NCBI GenBank assembly: GCA_013239625.1 | Contig: MU056050.1 | Span: 4,659,366 to 4,723,365 of the forward strand | Length of the DNA stretch: 64,000 nucleotides | DNA from: Lama guanicoe | Taxonomy: Eukaryota | Direction of reading: 5' to 3' | Shown: piece after piece, positions 52,601 through 64,000 of the stretch | Layout of the letters: each line of letters opens with the position of its first letter | Numbering within the stretch: the first letter of the stretch is position 1 | Notes under the pieces: generated by a model | The model's input: the letters and a program-made list of their open reading frames with translations, nothing else | What the model was told of the DNA's origin: nothing | The model's database searches: none | Position numbers and translations under genes: made by a program

Positions 52601-54400
52601 TGCATTTTTTTTTATTTCAGCACTTTAAACTTGTCATCATTTTGCTTTCTGAGTTTGATGAGAAATTGTTAATCTTACTGAGGATCCCTTGTATGTGAGA
52701 AGTTGCTTTGCTCTCTCAACTTTGAAGATTCTTTGTCTTTTGATCATTTGATTATAATATCTCAGTGTAGATCTTTATAGTTTTCCTGCTTGGAGTATTT
52801 TGAGCTTCTCGGATGTATATGTTTATATCATTATGAAATTTAGAAAGCATTTGGCTATTAATTTTTCAAATACTCTTTTTGTTCCCTTTTCTCTCTCCTC
52901 TCTTTCCAGGTCCCCCATTAAACATTTGTTGTTTTTACTCATAGATCTCTTGGACATTGTTTATTTTTCTTCATTATTTTTTCTTTCTGTTCCTCAGACT
53001 GGGTAATTTCAATTAACCTACCATCAAATTTACTGATTCTTTCTTCTGCCTCCTGAAATCTGTTGTTGTAACCATTTAGTGATTTATTTTTATTGCAGTT
53101 ATTGTACTTCTCAGTGTCAGAATTTCTGTTGGCTTCTGTTTTAGGATTTCTATATTTTTATTGTTTATTTTTTTGTTGTGGAAGAATTCTTCTGGTTTCC
53201 TTAAGTTCTTTGTCCAAGGCTTGCTTTAGCTCCTGGAGCATGCTTGCAACAGTCAATTTCAAGTCTTTTCCTAGTAACTGCAGTGTCTCTGTTTTGATAG
53301 TCAGTTTCTGTTAATTTCTCCTCCCTGCTTTGAATGGATCATATTTTCTTGTTTCTCTGTGTGCCTTGTAAATTTTTGTTGAAAACTGGATATTTTGGAT
53401 GTTATCATGTGCTGACTCTGAAAATTGGATTCTTCCTCTCCCCAGGGTTTTTTCTTCCTTGCTCTGGGTTGTAGGTGTTTGTTTAGTGATTTTTCAAAAC
53501 TATTTTTTCAAGACTGTATTCTTTTTGTGTGTGGTTTCTGTGGTCTGTTTGAGTTTGTGATCAGCTAGGAGTTTGCCAGAGATATTCCTAAATGTATGGA
53601 GCCAAAAAAAATAAATAAATAGTAAAAAGAAAAAAAGAAGAAAAGGAAATACACTACCAGTCTTTGCGCAGATTGGCTCTGTGTTGGGGAAGTGTTTTAA
53701 AGCTTATTCGGGCCCTTTGTAACACTGCCTTATCCTTGACTTCTTGTTGGCACTGAACCTAAAGACCTGCTGGAGGTGAAAGCTTAGGGTTTTCTCAGAT
53801 CTTTTCTGAGCATGAATCTTTCCCTGGGCATGTGCCTGGGTTTCTACAGTCCCCATTATAAGCAAGCGCCTTGAGAAGCACCTGCCCCAACTGTAATCTT
53901 TCACCACTGAAAACAGCAGCTTGTTCATTTGACTTTCGGTGTTTTTGAGGAAAGCTCTGTGCTTAGCCACTTTTCTGCCCTGAGAGAGTTCCAAGTTAGG
54001 AGAAACAACTGCAGATATCCTGTTTCAGTCCTTTAGGGAAACCTCAGACAGGTCAAAGCAGAGAAACAAAATTTCTTGGGAACAAGGTCTGTTGTGCTAT
54101 CAGCAGAGCCAGCTAACCACACAGGGAACATGAGCACTCATCTTCAAAATCACTCTCATGCTGGCGAGGGAGGTAGGACAAGGCCGAGTTAAAATGCTAC
54201 AAAGCTCTCCTACCATATTTAAGTCACTTTTGTCTTGATTGAGCATTCACTTGGCTGCTGTAAACCTTTCACTATTTCCCAGGGTTCTGACAAATGGGGT
54301 CTGTAACAGATTCCATTCCTGCTCACATTCTTTGCTGTTTCTGTGTAGGGACAGGCCCTTAGAATTCTGTATTCTTGCCGTTTTTGCTGATGTAACACAC
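49630..54400 (-). mobile_element. Long decayed L1 (ORF2 pieces, ORF1 and 5' UTR-like region)
   Basis: Antisense L1 motifs ccagcaccacttgttgaa, ttcaccattgagtataatgttagctgtggg, EN remnant RDFNNPFTVIDR, and ORF1-type attgaaagatagtttt. Confidence 0.85.
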
Positions 54401-54409
54401 ATGGAGTTT

Positions 54410-55400
54410 TTCTCTTTTTTAAATGAATATTCAGAAATTATTTTAGATTTATAGAAAAGCTGAAGAGCTAGTACAAAGACTTCCCATATACTCTCCATCT
54501 AGTTTCTCTCAGTATTACATTACCATGATGCATTTGTCCAAACTAAGAAATTGGCATTGATATATTACCATTAATTTTAAATGATACACATTTTTGGGTT
54601 TCATCAGTCTTTTCCTACTGTCCTTTTCTTTAAAAGATATTTTTAAAGTAGTTTTATGTTCATAACAAAATTGAGAAGAAGGTAGAGATTTCCCATATGT
54701 CCCTGCCCCTACACATCCATAGCCTCCCCTCATTACCACCATCACCCACCAGAACTACCATTCCAGAGACCAAACTAGATTAGTCATCATGTCTCTTTAG
54801 GCTCCTAATGATTGTGGCAATTTTTCAGATTTTTTTTTCTTGTTTTTGATAACCTTGACAGTTTTGAGGAATTCTGGTCAGATACTTTATGTAATGTCCT
54901 CAGTTTGATATTTTTCTCATATGACTAAGGCTATAGATTTATGGAAGAATGACACAAAAGTGAATTGGCCTTCTTGTCACAGCACAGAAGAGGGTGTATG
55001 ATATCCCTGTGGCTACAGTGGTGGTAATAACCCTCATCTCTTGTTTTTAAGTGATGTTTGACAGGCTTCTCTATTCTGTAGAGGTAAGTCGGGAAGTCCA
55101 GCCCACTCTCACTCAAGGAGGCAGTTAATCTACTCCTTGGAGGGAGATGTATCGACACACAACGTTTGAAATTCTTAGGAATTCTTCAGTAAGGAAGATT
55201 TGTCTCCCTTCATTTATGCAATCATTTATTTGTAGACTTACACATACTTATGTTATATTTTGAGTTACAACCAATAGTTTACTATTTCATTTGTTGCTCG
55301 AATTGTTTTAGCTTTTGCTGAACTTTTTCAGGTTGGATCCCACATTCTTTTAACATACTCCCAGCCTTTTGGGTTTTGACCACTTACGTGCTTTCTGGTA
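54410..55400 (-). mobile_element. L1MC-type 3' UTR remnant with a small nested L1 3' piece (~54635-54755)
   Basis: Reverse-complement similarity to the 3' UTR motifs of the L1 at 2600-3170. Confidence 0.65.
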
Positions 55401-57578
55401 CCGAATGTTTTCGAAGGGGAGAATTTCATGAATTTTGACCTGTATTTTAGAAAGAAATTGCTGATGGCAATTGAGGGATTTGAGGGATAACTTGGAGGAG
55501 CATTATATATTAAGCAGTATGTGGGCAGGAGGGTAATCTGGACAAAGAAGAATCACGAAATATGTCACACACACACGATTGAAGAAATTTGCTGGATATG
55601 AGTAATGTTACATAGATTCTAGTCAGGGATTTGCCATTAAGGTACATTGTGACTTCTGTGAATTCACTTCTTCTCTGGATGTCTGCTTTCTCACTGATAA
55701 CAATGCAGCAGCCCTCTAAACCTACCTTCTCAAAAATTTCTACCAACAAGCCCATAACAGTTAAGGAAAATAGCTATGATTTCTCTGTAAACTGGGGTGT
55801 ATGGCAGAAGCCCTTTTCAAATATGACATGTCATTGAAATTTCTTGTTTTGTTTGACAAATTCATGTGAATTTTTCATACCAGTTCACTGTGTACCTATA
55901 TTTTAACATAAAAATATTTTCATGCAGTGATTTTTGAATAGGCGTTGCAGAACAGTAATGGCTCTCTTTCTCTTATGGCTTTCTCTATGCCGTGGAATAT
56001 ATCCTAGTAGCTGGCAGAGTACTCTGATTTGAAAATCAGAACTCTTTCAGTTTTGGAACTCTATGATTTTAAGAATTCGCCCCAAATATTTAAAGTTCTG
56101 TCATATAAATGAGGCCAGGCTTGTTCTGTATTTGTCCAAAGAGAAAATCTAGGTAGTACTAGGAAAGGAAAATTGCAGAAATTATTGACTTGATAGAAAA
56201 AAGTACATTCATTCAACAGAATTTTATTGAGTATCTACCATTTTCCAGACACTGTTAAATGCTGGGAATCCAGCATTACATATCTAGTTTAGCATGAGAC
56301 ATTGTCCAAAAATTATAACGATATGGGCCATCTCATGAGATGGTAAGCTCTTCAGCTTTAGAATTATCCATCAGGCTGAATTATTGTCCCTTAGTGATGC
56401 TATGATAAAAAATCTGAACTTCTGAGAGTTATTCTTCATACTATGATCTTACTTAATTTTATGTTTATGTGCATACCTCCAACTACATCTAAACATTCCA
56501 ATCAGAATCTAAATTTTAGGAAGGCAGAGATACTTTCTTCAATCCAAGTCTCTCCACATAGTGATAGGCAAATGATGCTTGTTGACTTTCGTATGGTCAT
56601 AAATATGTTCATAAAGAAAAATAACAATCCATAAGCATCATTAGGACATAACCATCTTCCTTATATCAGGCTTGATTTTTGAAAATGTTGTGAATATATA
56701 AGGATAATCTTTTATTTTTGTGTTGATATAATCCCTTTAATGTGGAAGGAATCAATTATAGCACCGTAATTCCCCACCAAATACTCTGTTAATCGGCTAC
56801 AAAATAAGTTTTATTTGAAGATTCAGTCATGTATACTCAATGTCCAAGATTCTAACATAGCTAAATTTATTACTCGGTGACTGCATAGAAGATGGCTAGA
56901 GGGATGTTAAAATTATTAAACAATACTCACTTAAAACACTTTCCTATCATAAGGATTTTTGCTGGTGCAAGGTCATGATGAGGTTTACAAAGAAAATGTT
57001 GGGAAATGAAAGGTGATTTTAGAGAGGAATATGGAAAATAAAATAATATATTAAAAATACCTAGTTTGAGACCCTTGCAAATTCTCCACAGTTTTCCTTG
57101 CATGATTTTCTAGAACTTGAACAAAGAGCCATCACAGTTGTGATATTCCAGTTAACTCAAGGGCCCTCCAGTGGGCAATTTAAGAATTTCCAAACCAACT
57201 TTGGAGGTAATTTTCAAGGAATCTATTGGAAAAACAAGCACACTGCAACACAACCAAAACCAAAACATTGTCAAACTCAAAGTGGGATTACCTTGAACAG
57301 AAAATAACTCTACACTTTTGAGTGCTACCTTAGACAAGACCTTTTAATTACAAGGGTAGGTGTCTTTGAAAGGTTGCTGTGGCTCTAAATATTTTATTTT
57401 TAGGATGATGGTTCTCCAGCTTGTACTTAATTCAGGTCCATAGGAGAATCTGTAGAAGGGAAAATAAAAGCTTAACATATATATTTCATTCTGGTGATAA
57501 TTATGTATTATTTATGTAGGAAAGAACACATTTTGTAGTAGGAGATTTGATTTCAGCATACATCGCTAATTTGCCCAT

Positions 57579-57623
57579 TCTCTTTCTATTTTAAAGTAGT
57601 CTCTTTCTATTTTAAAGTAGTCT
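57579..57623. repeat. Perfect 21-bp tandem duplication (tctctttctattttaaagtag x2)
   Basis: Seen directly in the sequence. Confidence 0.9.
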
Positions 57624-58715
57624 ACGTTGAGTGAAGAAGGCAGTGAAAGGAGAGTCAGATTATGAGGAAAAAAAGGAAACAGAAGCAGATTTTCATCAGG
57701 TGGGGGGATGATGATACACTAAAGCCAAGAAAACTACATGAGATAATTTTTCCTTCTTAAATTATTTGGCCGAAAAAAATAAATGTGTAAAAATAGAAAC
57801 TCCTTCTGTTTCTGATCAAACTATATAATTCTATAGTGATCTACAAAGATGATTCCAAATTATGATATCATTTTGGGCAAATAATGTTATTTCAGAGTAG
57901 TCAAGCCAGTTGTGTAACATTATGTAGAAAAAAGAAATGGTTAATGCATTTATTTATTTATTTATTAGCCGGTTGTCTTGGCATTAGATTATGTGGTTGC
58001 CATGTCTGCCTGCACTTGTAAACTGCCTATAATTGGTTAGTTACCTGCTATATATTAGGCTTATTAGCACCGTATTAAAATGTGGTATCATAAGTATATA
58101 AGCTACAATTTGTAATCCTGAACAGTGTTTAATTAACATTTCTTCTTCCTTTGTTGTACCATAGTTCAGCCAAAATGTTTTATACATTGTACTTTTTGCA
58201 GCCAAAGTACACATTATTTTTTGAATGTATGAAATTTCCCTAATCCTTCTTTACTAAACATGTCAATGTGTCATAGGAAATTATTTCATTACTGGGCATC
58301 TTGTTTAACATACTTTTTTTTTTTTAACTTCAAATCACCCTTGCTAACTCATGAAGGAATAAAAGAACTCACTGTAGAAATATTTACAGTAATATCAGAA
58401 TGAGTTTTTAACCATCTTTCGGTAGTGTTAGATATTTCAGGTTTCTGATTTCCTTAATTATTTAAGAGCTTTGAGGCCATGAGTCATTCAAACTTGAAAT
58501 TATCTATTCAGAGTTGATTTCAGAAGTCACAAGCTCAAAACCCTAAGGCTACAGGAATATGTAGTATGTAAATGAGTGAAACAGGCTATGGGTAAGATCC
58601 AATGGAGAGTAGTGAAGACTGGTAAACTGAAACACGCATGTCCTGTTTAGTGGTGGACTCTCCTTCCCAGCTCCAGTTTTTGTCATATGGGGATGGGGAC
58701 CCAGTATTTCCAGAT

Positions 58716-58805
58716 CTTTCTTTTCTTTTCTTTTTTTTCTTGTCTTTCTTTCCTTTCTTTCCTCTCCTTTTCTGCTTTCTTTTCTTTCTCTCTCTCTCTC
58801 TCTCT
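58716..58805. repeat. Polypyrimidine low-complexity tract with a (CT)n microsatellite
   Basis: Almost pure C/T run. It explains the K/R/E-rich spurious ORFs at 58586-58888. Confidence 0.85.
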
Positions 58806-61800
58806 GCTGCTGAGAGCATAGTCACAGTGTCCTCTGCTAACTGGATTTTCTTTGAGCCCTGGCTCAATGCTGGGCACAGATTAGTCACTGATTACTTGTA
58901 GCTGAATTCTTCTTGCTGTTGTTTGTCTTAGCAGCAGCTAAGGGCTGTCTGTGCTTGCTGATTAACTTATTTCTATATCCTTTGCCTCTTTACCCATCAA
59001 TATAGTTTTCTCTACCCAAGTCCTTGTTTCCTTCCCCCTCTTTCATGCTGGTCTCTGCCCAGCTGCCATGGTCACACCCTGTGTACCCAATCCTTTCTGT
59101 TCTGTCACTGAGGATCTCGATGTACCTCTTCTACTAATCATGCCTCTTCCTTCTTTGAGTGCCCGTCACAGCCTAGACACTCTTCATCTTACTACCCCTG
59201 ACTTTCGTTCCATGGTTTCTTCTCAAGAAGCAAACTCGAGCAAATTCTCTGCACAGTTGTAAGAAACAAAGGACCTAGGCATTTGTGCTTTTGTCCTGGC
59301 ATCTAAATTTGACTTTAGATGCCATTTTGATTTGGTGCTCAGATCTGTTAAAAGAGAACCTTCTAATTTGGATTTTAATGGAAAATTCTGAATTTTAAAT
59401 GCTGGAGAATAATACAAAAACAGTTTAATAATATGTAGGTCAGACAAACACATTTGTGGCAAGATTTGGCCCATGAGGTCATCTTTTTCAAAGTCATTTC
59501 TAGACAAAATGGTTAGGTACACCAAGTTGATTCTTGTCCCTTACTTGCATTGAAACAAAGACAATCTGAAACTCAGTGTCTTCTACAGCATGGCAGGGAT
59601 GGAAGAATGAGAATGGAACTGAATTTCAGATGCCCTGAATTTACATCTGATTTCTCTTTCTAACTCATTTTTGACTCTAGGTCTTTTAGGGTCTTAGTAT
59701 CCACTTCTATAAAATGAGACCATCAGATTAAATACTTTCAAAGGCGTTTTCAGCTCTGAAATCCTATGATTCTCAACTTCTTCAAAATCAAAATATATCT
59801 ATACCATTTTCCCTTTATCAGACTGTTTATAACTGGAAGGTAATAGATTCCTCTGGCAAATTCATTTCTGATAGTGTTCACCATTCCCAGTAGCGTTTTG
59901 CTTTAATCTAATAAAACCCCATAATTCCTTTAGGTTTGGTGCTTGTTTTGGGAATGTCTAGCACAGTGACAGCCTCGTTAGATGTTTCTTGTTCATATAT
60001 TCTTGTAAGCGCTTATCAGCATACATTACAGCTTTGCTCTGTTTCAAGAAATCTTGCAGGCTCACAAGGGAAAAAAAAGCCATATACCCATAAAATGAGA
60101 TTTTGACTAATTATCATACATAGATTGTGAGTCCTGATGATTGGGTCCTGTGACTTGCAATTTTATCCCTTGTCTGACTGCACGTATTAGGTTCTCCATA
60201 AATGTTTATTGAACTGATTTTCCAAAATCAGTCTCTAACTTAGACCTTACAAATTTTTGAACTTTCTGTCCATTTATCACATAGTTATTACCCACCTACT
60301 GTGCACCAATTGTGATATGCTCCAACTATGTTTATCACAGTTTGATTGCAGTCAATGCCGATCTGTTTATTTATCGTTAATGCTAATCTATTGATTTATT
60401 TTTCGCCTTCTCTTTTCCTCACTATAAAGAAGTACAGTGTCTTTTCACTCTGACATTAACCATATTTCATTTTTGCCATTCCTGTTTTTGGCATTCCAGA
60501 GCACATACCGTTTCCAGATAAGTCAGCATTGCTCCAGCTTCTCTTCTCTCACTGCTTGGCAGTCTAGTAGATGTGTGATTGTCATATATCATCCTTTGTT
60601 TCTGTTGAGTCCTTGTGTTCCTTGGTAAGTGTGGCAAGCACAGGAACATGTGTGTACTTAACACCTTTGTGACCGCAACAGAAAGCTAAAGTGCCCTGAA
60701 AGTCATAGCCCAGATTTTCAACAAAGCTGAGGTGAACTTTTTCACCTGAGTTTCCAAAGCTTTTTGTCACTTTAACTATGGCACTTATTTAGCCTCCTGA
60801 GTCCCAGGAGACTAGTGAGAGATCCCGAGTGACTTGCGGCATCAGCTTTTTTCGCTCTGGGTCTTCTTCACCTCCACTGCTTTGCCAAGATTGTAGTAGA
60901 GTACAAAGCAGTGAGAAGAGCTGCTTTTCCTGGGACTTGACAGAGCGCAGACCTCAGGCACATTTCCTTTTTTGTCCCCTTCGTGCCATCACACAACCAC
61001 AGCCTGGCATTTGTTTAGGTGTTTCTCAAAAGCAGTGGCAGTTTATCAGGTGGCAATTCAAATCATAAAACTCTTAAAAACACTCAAAAAGAGAGAGGAC
61101 AAGGTTCAGAGGGAAAAAGATAAGGGCACTTTGCTTCCATTTAAGTGATCCGGTTGGTATAATTATGCATAAAGTATGTACTAATAAAAAGATCTCTAAT
61201 CGGTTTTGTGTCTGTGTCTATTACATTAAAAAAGTATGTATTTATGATTTGCCTTATTTACATACACGCTTCTTGCTCTTTTTGTTATTAAGCTGCCATT
61301 TATTGAACTCTTACTGAGTGCAAGGCTCTTTGAGTTCTTATTCTTCCCACTTTACAGATAACTAAACTGAGGGTTGGAAGAGGTGACATACTAATCTTGA
61401 ATGGAGTAAAAGAAAAGCCAGAGTTTAAATTTCATTACACTTGACTCAAAATCTGTATTTTTTCCCACTGCGCAACACTGCCTCACTGTGGTACAGTTGA
61501 GCATAGGTCAATTTTAGCAAACAGGAAATAGACTAGTGAAATGTCAACTTTAAAGAGAACTTCCCTTGAATCTATCATTTTGCAGTGTGAATTATCACTC
61601 TTAATGTGCCTGTTTTACATATTAATATGAAGCAGTGTATCTGGAAAAACAGCGTTATTTTGGCTGGAGAAATATTGATGTGCTGAGCTTAAAAATTAAC
61701 ACCCAAATATCTTTTGAAGATTCAAAGTTATTGAAACCTTTGGAGGTGCTTTTAGTGTGCTCTGTTGTGTCCTACTCAAGGCAGAATAAGAGAGAGGACC

Positions 61801-64000
61801 AAAGGTTCCCTGAGGGTTGGGAAAAGTACTATTAAATAAAAAAGTTAAGATTAGTTGATGACAGCCACATTACTGTCAAATATAAATGCTGTTAAAATGA
61901 AACATTTGGGCAAGCGCAAAACCAGATCTATACCTGTTTGTTGTTGTTGTTGCACAGAAAAAATACTATTCCTCTACCTGAGCAAAAGAGGAGGGTCTAT
62001 ATCTTGGTATGAGTTCTCTCCTCTGTTTGCCAAAGTGCCTGAAAGATACTGCTCTCTTCTGGGAGGCATGAATCTTGAAGCCATCCTCCTCCTCTATTGC
62101 ATTTGCAGGGTTGGGTCAGTCAGAGTCACTCATCTAGAAACAGTCTAAACAGGAGAAAGCAAACTCTTGGAGGGATCAACACCATAGATTGGAAAGAGTT
62201 GGAAACACATTTCAGCTCCTTCCCGTTTGGGCTGTGATCCAGGACGATGTGGGGAGAGCAGCTTTGCCTGGAGTATTGATTGATGGTGATGAATATGATG
62301 GAGTGCACTTAAAGGTTTGGAGCCAAAGCATCCTTAGAGAGCAGGTTTGGCTCTCATGGCAACACTATAAAGTCAGTCAGCTGAAATGCATTTGCGAAGG
62401 GGTTGTTTTTGTTCCCATCTAGATACACGTATTAGTCAGAGGAGGAGGAAACTTAACATCATTTCAGATTTTCTTGTTGAGGTGATGATAGTTATTCATA
62501 CCACACTTCTTGTTGATGTGTTTCTGATGAGAATCTGACAGGGCCAAGGTGTCTGTTTTTTGGGAAACAAACTCTTCAGAGACATCAAAAAAAAAGCCCA
62601 GTGAGGTGTAAACAGGGTGGAGAGATTCAGAGCCAGGATCACAGGGAAGAGCATGAAAAAAAACTATGCTGAGGAACCGCTTCCCCACCCTACGTCCTCG
62701 GCTATTGCTCTTCCTTGCGCAGAACTTGACATTCAGAGGATAGGATCAAGAGTTAGAAGGGTAACTTCAGAGTTAATGCAAAGGTTTTCTGTTTTTTCCT
62801 TTTTACACGTGGTATAGGGTGGAGAGATGGGAAGGTGGCCCCTTAAGCTCCAAAAACATTTGTATACAAGAGTCGTAAGAGTGAATGAGTCTCTTAAAAC
62901 ACAGCATTATTGATTGCTACAATACTTCACCTCTATTGAAAGTGAACTGTCGAATACTGTTTTTAAGAGCTCCATGTAACAGTGCAAGGCATTTCTCCCT
63001 ATTGCTCTTTTATAGTGGCCATCATGGCAAAGCTTCTGAATTCTCCATTGCTTTAAGAGCACATAGCTCTGAGAAATAACATGGCTGAACTGCAAAATGC
63101 ACAATGTAAACATAGGATAAGCCACTTTAATGTCATTTAGCCTGGAATAGCAAAGAAATGGCTGTCTTTGATATTTGCATATGCAATTCAGAAGATTCTG
63201 ATCAATTCAACCTTTTCTCAATAGGAGATATTCAAATATCTACAAACAATTGTATGAATATCAATAATTCAGCACAAACCAGAGTATGCAAGCCCTTAAT
63301 CTAAAAATCTGTATATGAATGTAAGGCTTATAGAAACAGTTTCCTATTACTTATACTTTTTGGTGTAAGTGAAAAACAAGACCAAGATATTTTTATCCGG
63401 AAATGCATAGAGAACAAAGGGTAACATATGAGTCCCATTTTTAATAGCTTTTCTTGTTTATTGAAAAACACAAGCAGAAATGAGAAAATTCACATAAAAC
63501 AGGTAAGTACATGGAATCTTTTTGCATATATTTATCAGTTGGTCGTGTGTGCTCAGAAATACATATTACTTGCAAGAACACATTAAAAGATAAGCCTAAT
63601 GGAGACAAGTAGGCGGAGCATCAAGAGGGCAGGGGATTGGCTATCCCAGTGGCCACTCCAAAGGTAACTGCTGAGGGGAGCAGCAGTGTGGCAGTGCAGG
63701 AAGCACTGGTGGGGCACTTAGGTAAACTCCTGGGTGTTCTCAGTCTGGTCAAACTGGGGAACTGGTAACTTTGGGCAAAACTTTAGGCACAGAATTTAGT
63801 TACTTTTAGAAGAGATGACTAGAAGGAAGAAGGAAATTATTTTTTTTAGAAATAGTCTCAAGGAAATTGAGTCCCAAAAGCCTGATTGGCCATCCTGTTG
63901 AATGTCTATTTCCATATAGAAATCCTTCCTATGACATTCCTGATCAGGTTATTAGTTACTTGCTTAGAGAATTGCTGTCTAAAAGACACAATAATCCATA

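Noticed and set aside
55727..55775. Strong minus-strand donor AAG|gtaggt
   Set aside because: No convincing upstream acceptor, and all frames close shortly upstream.
58586..58901. K/R/E-rich and F/L/S-rich ORFs
   Set aside because: They are translations of a polypyrimidine microsatellite tract.
61934..61977. 44-nt minus-strand exon candidate (GRGIVFFLCNNNNKQ), phase-compatible with the 41.5-kb candidate
   Set aside because: It contains a (TTG)n microsatellite and has a mediocre donor (gtatag), so chance is likely.
1..64000. CRISPR arrays, operons, rRNA or other prokaryotic systems
   Set aside because: The sequence is mammalian, and I saw no regularly spaced repeats, long ORFs or rRNA motifs.

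Overview
AT-rich, repeat-dense mammalian genomic DNA, very probably camelid, because it carries two tRNA-Ala-derived Vic-1-type SINEs. I could not recognise any intact protein-coding gene, and nearly all ORF-track entries are spurious or repeat-derived. Well-supported content: (i) a decayed, env-less class I endogenous retrovirus on the minus strand (17797-24533) with both LTRs, an Ile-type PBS, gag and pro-pol, and a SINE inserted into protease; (ii) many solo LTRs, including a nested cluster at 33.5-37.2 kb with three copies of one family, two of them inverted and one apparently mosaic; (iii) a near full-length ferritin light chain (FTL) processed pseudogene at about 45.2-46.1 kb, with a decayed IRE, badly broken as a CDS yet forming the only CpG island in the window; (iv) many L1, L2, MIR and DNA-transposon remnants. 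Several short minus-strand segments in the unique sequence have good splice sites (41.4, 28.8, 13.5, 7.9, 7.6 and 6.3 kb). They may be the 3' part of an unidentified spliced transcript, either a lncRNA or a protein C-terminus, but this is tentative. Repeat family names come from recalled consensus motifs rather than a database search, and boundaries without TSDs are approximate.
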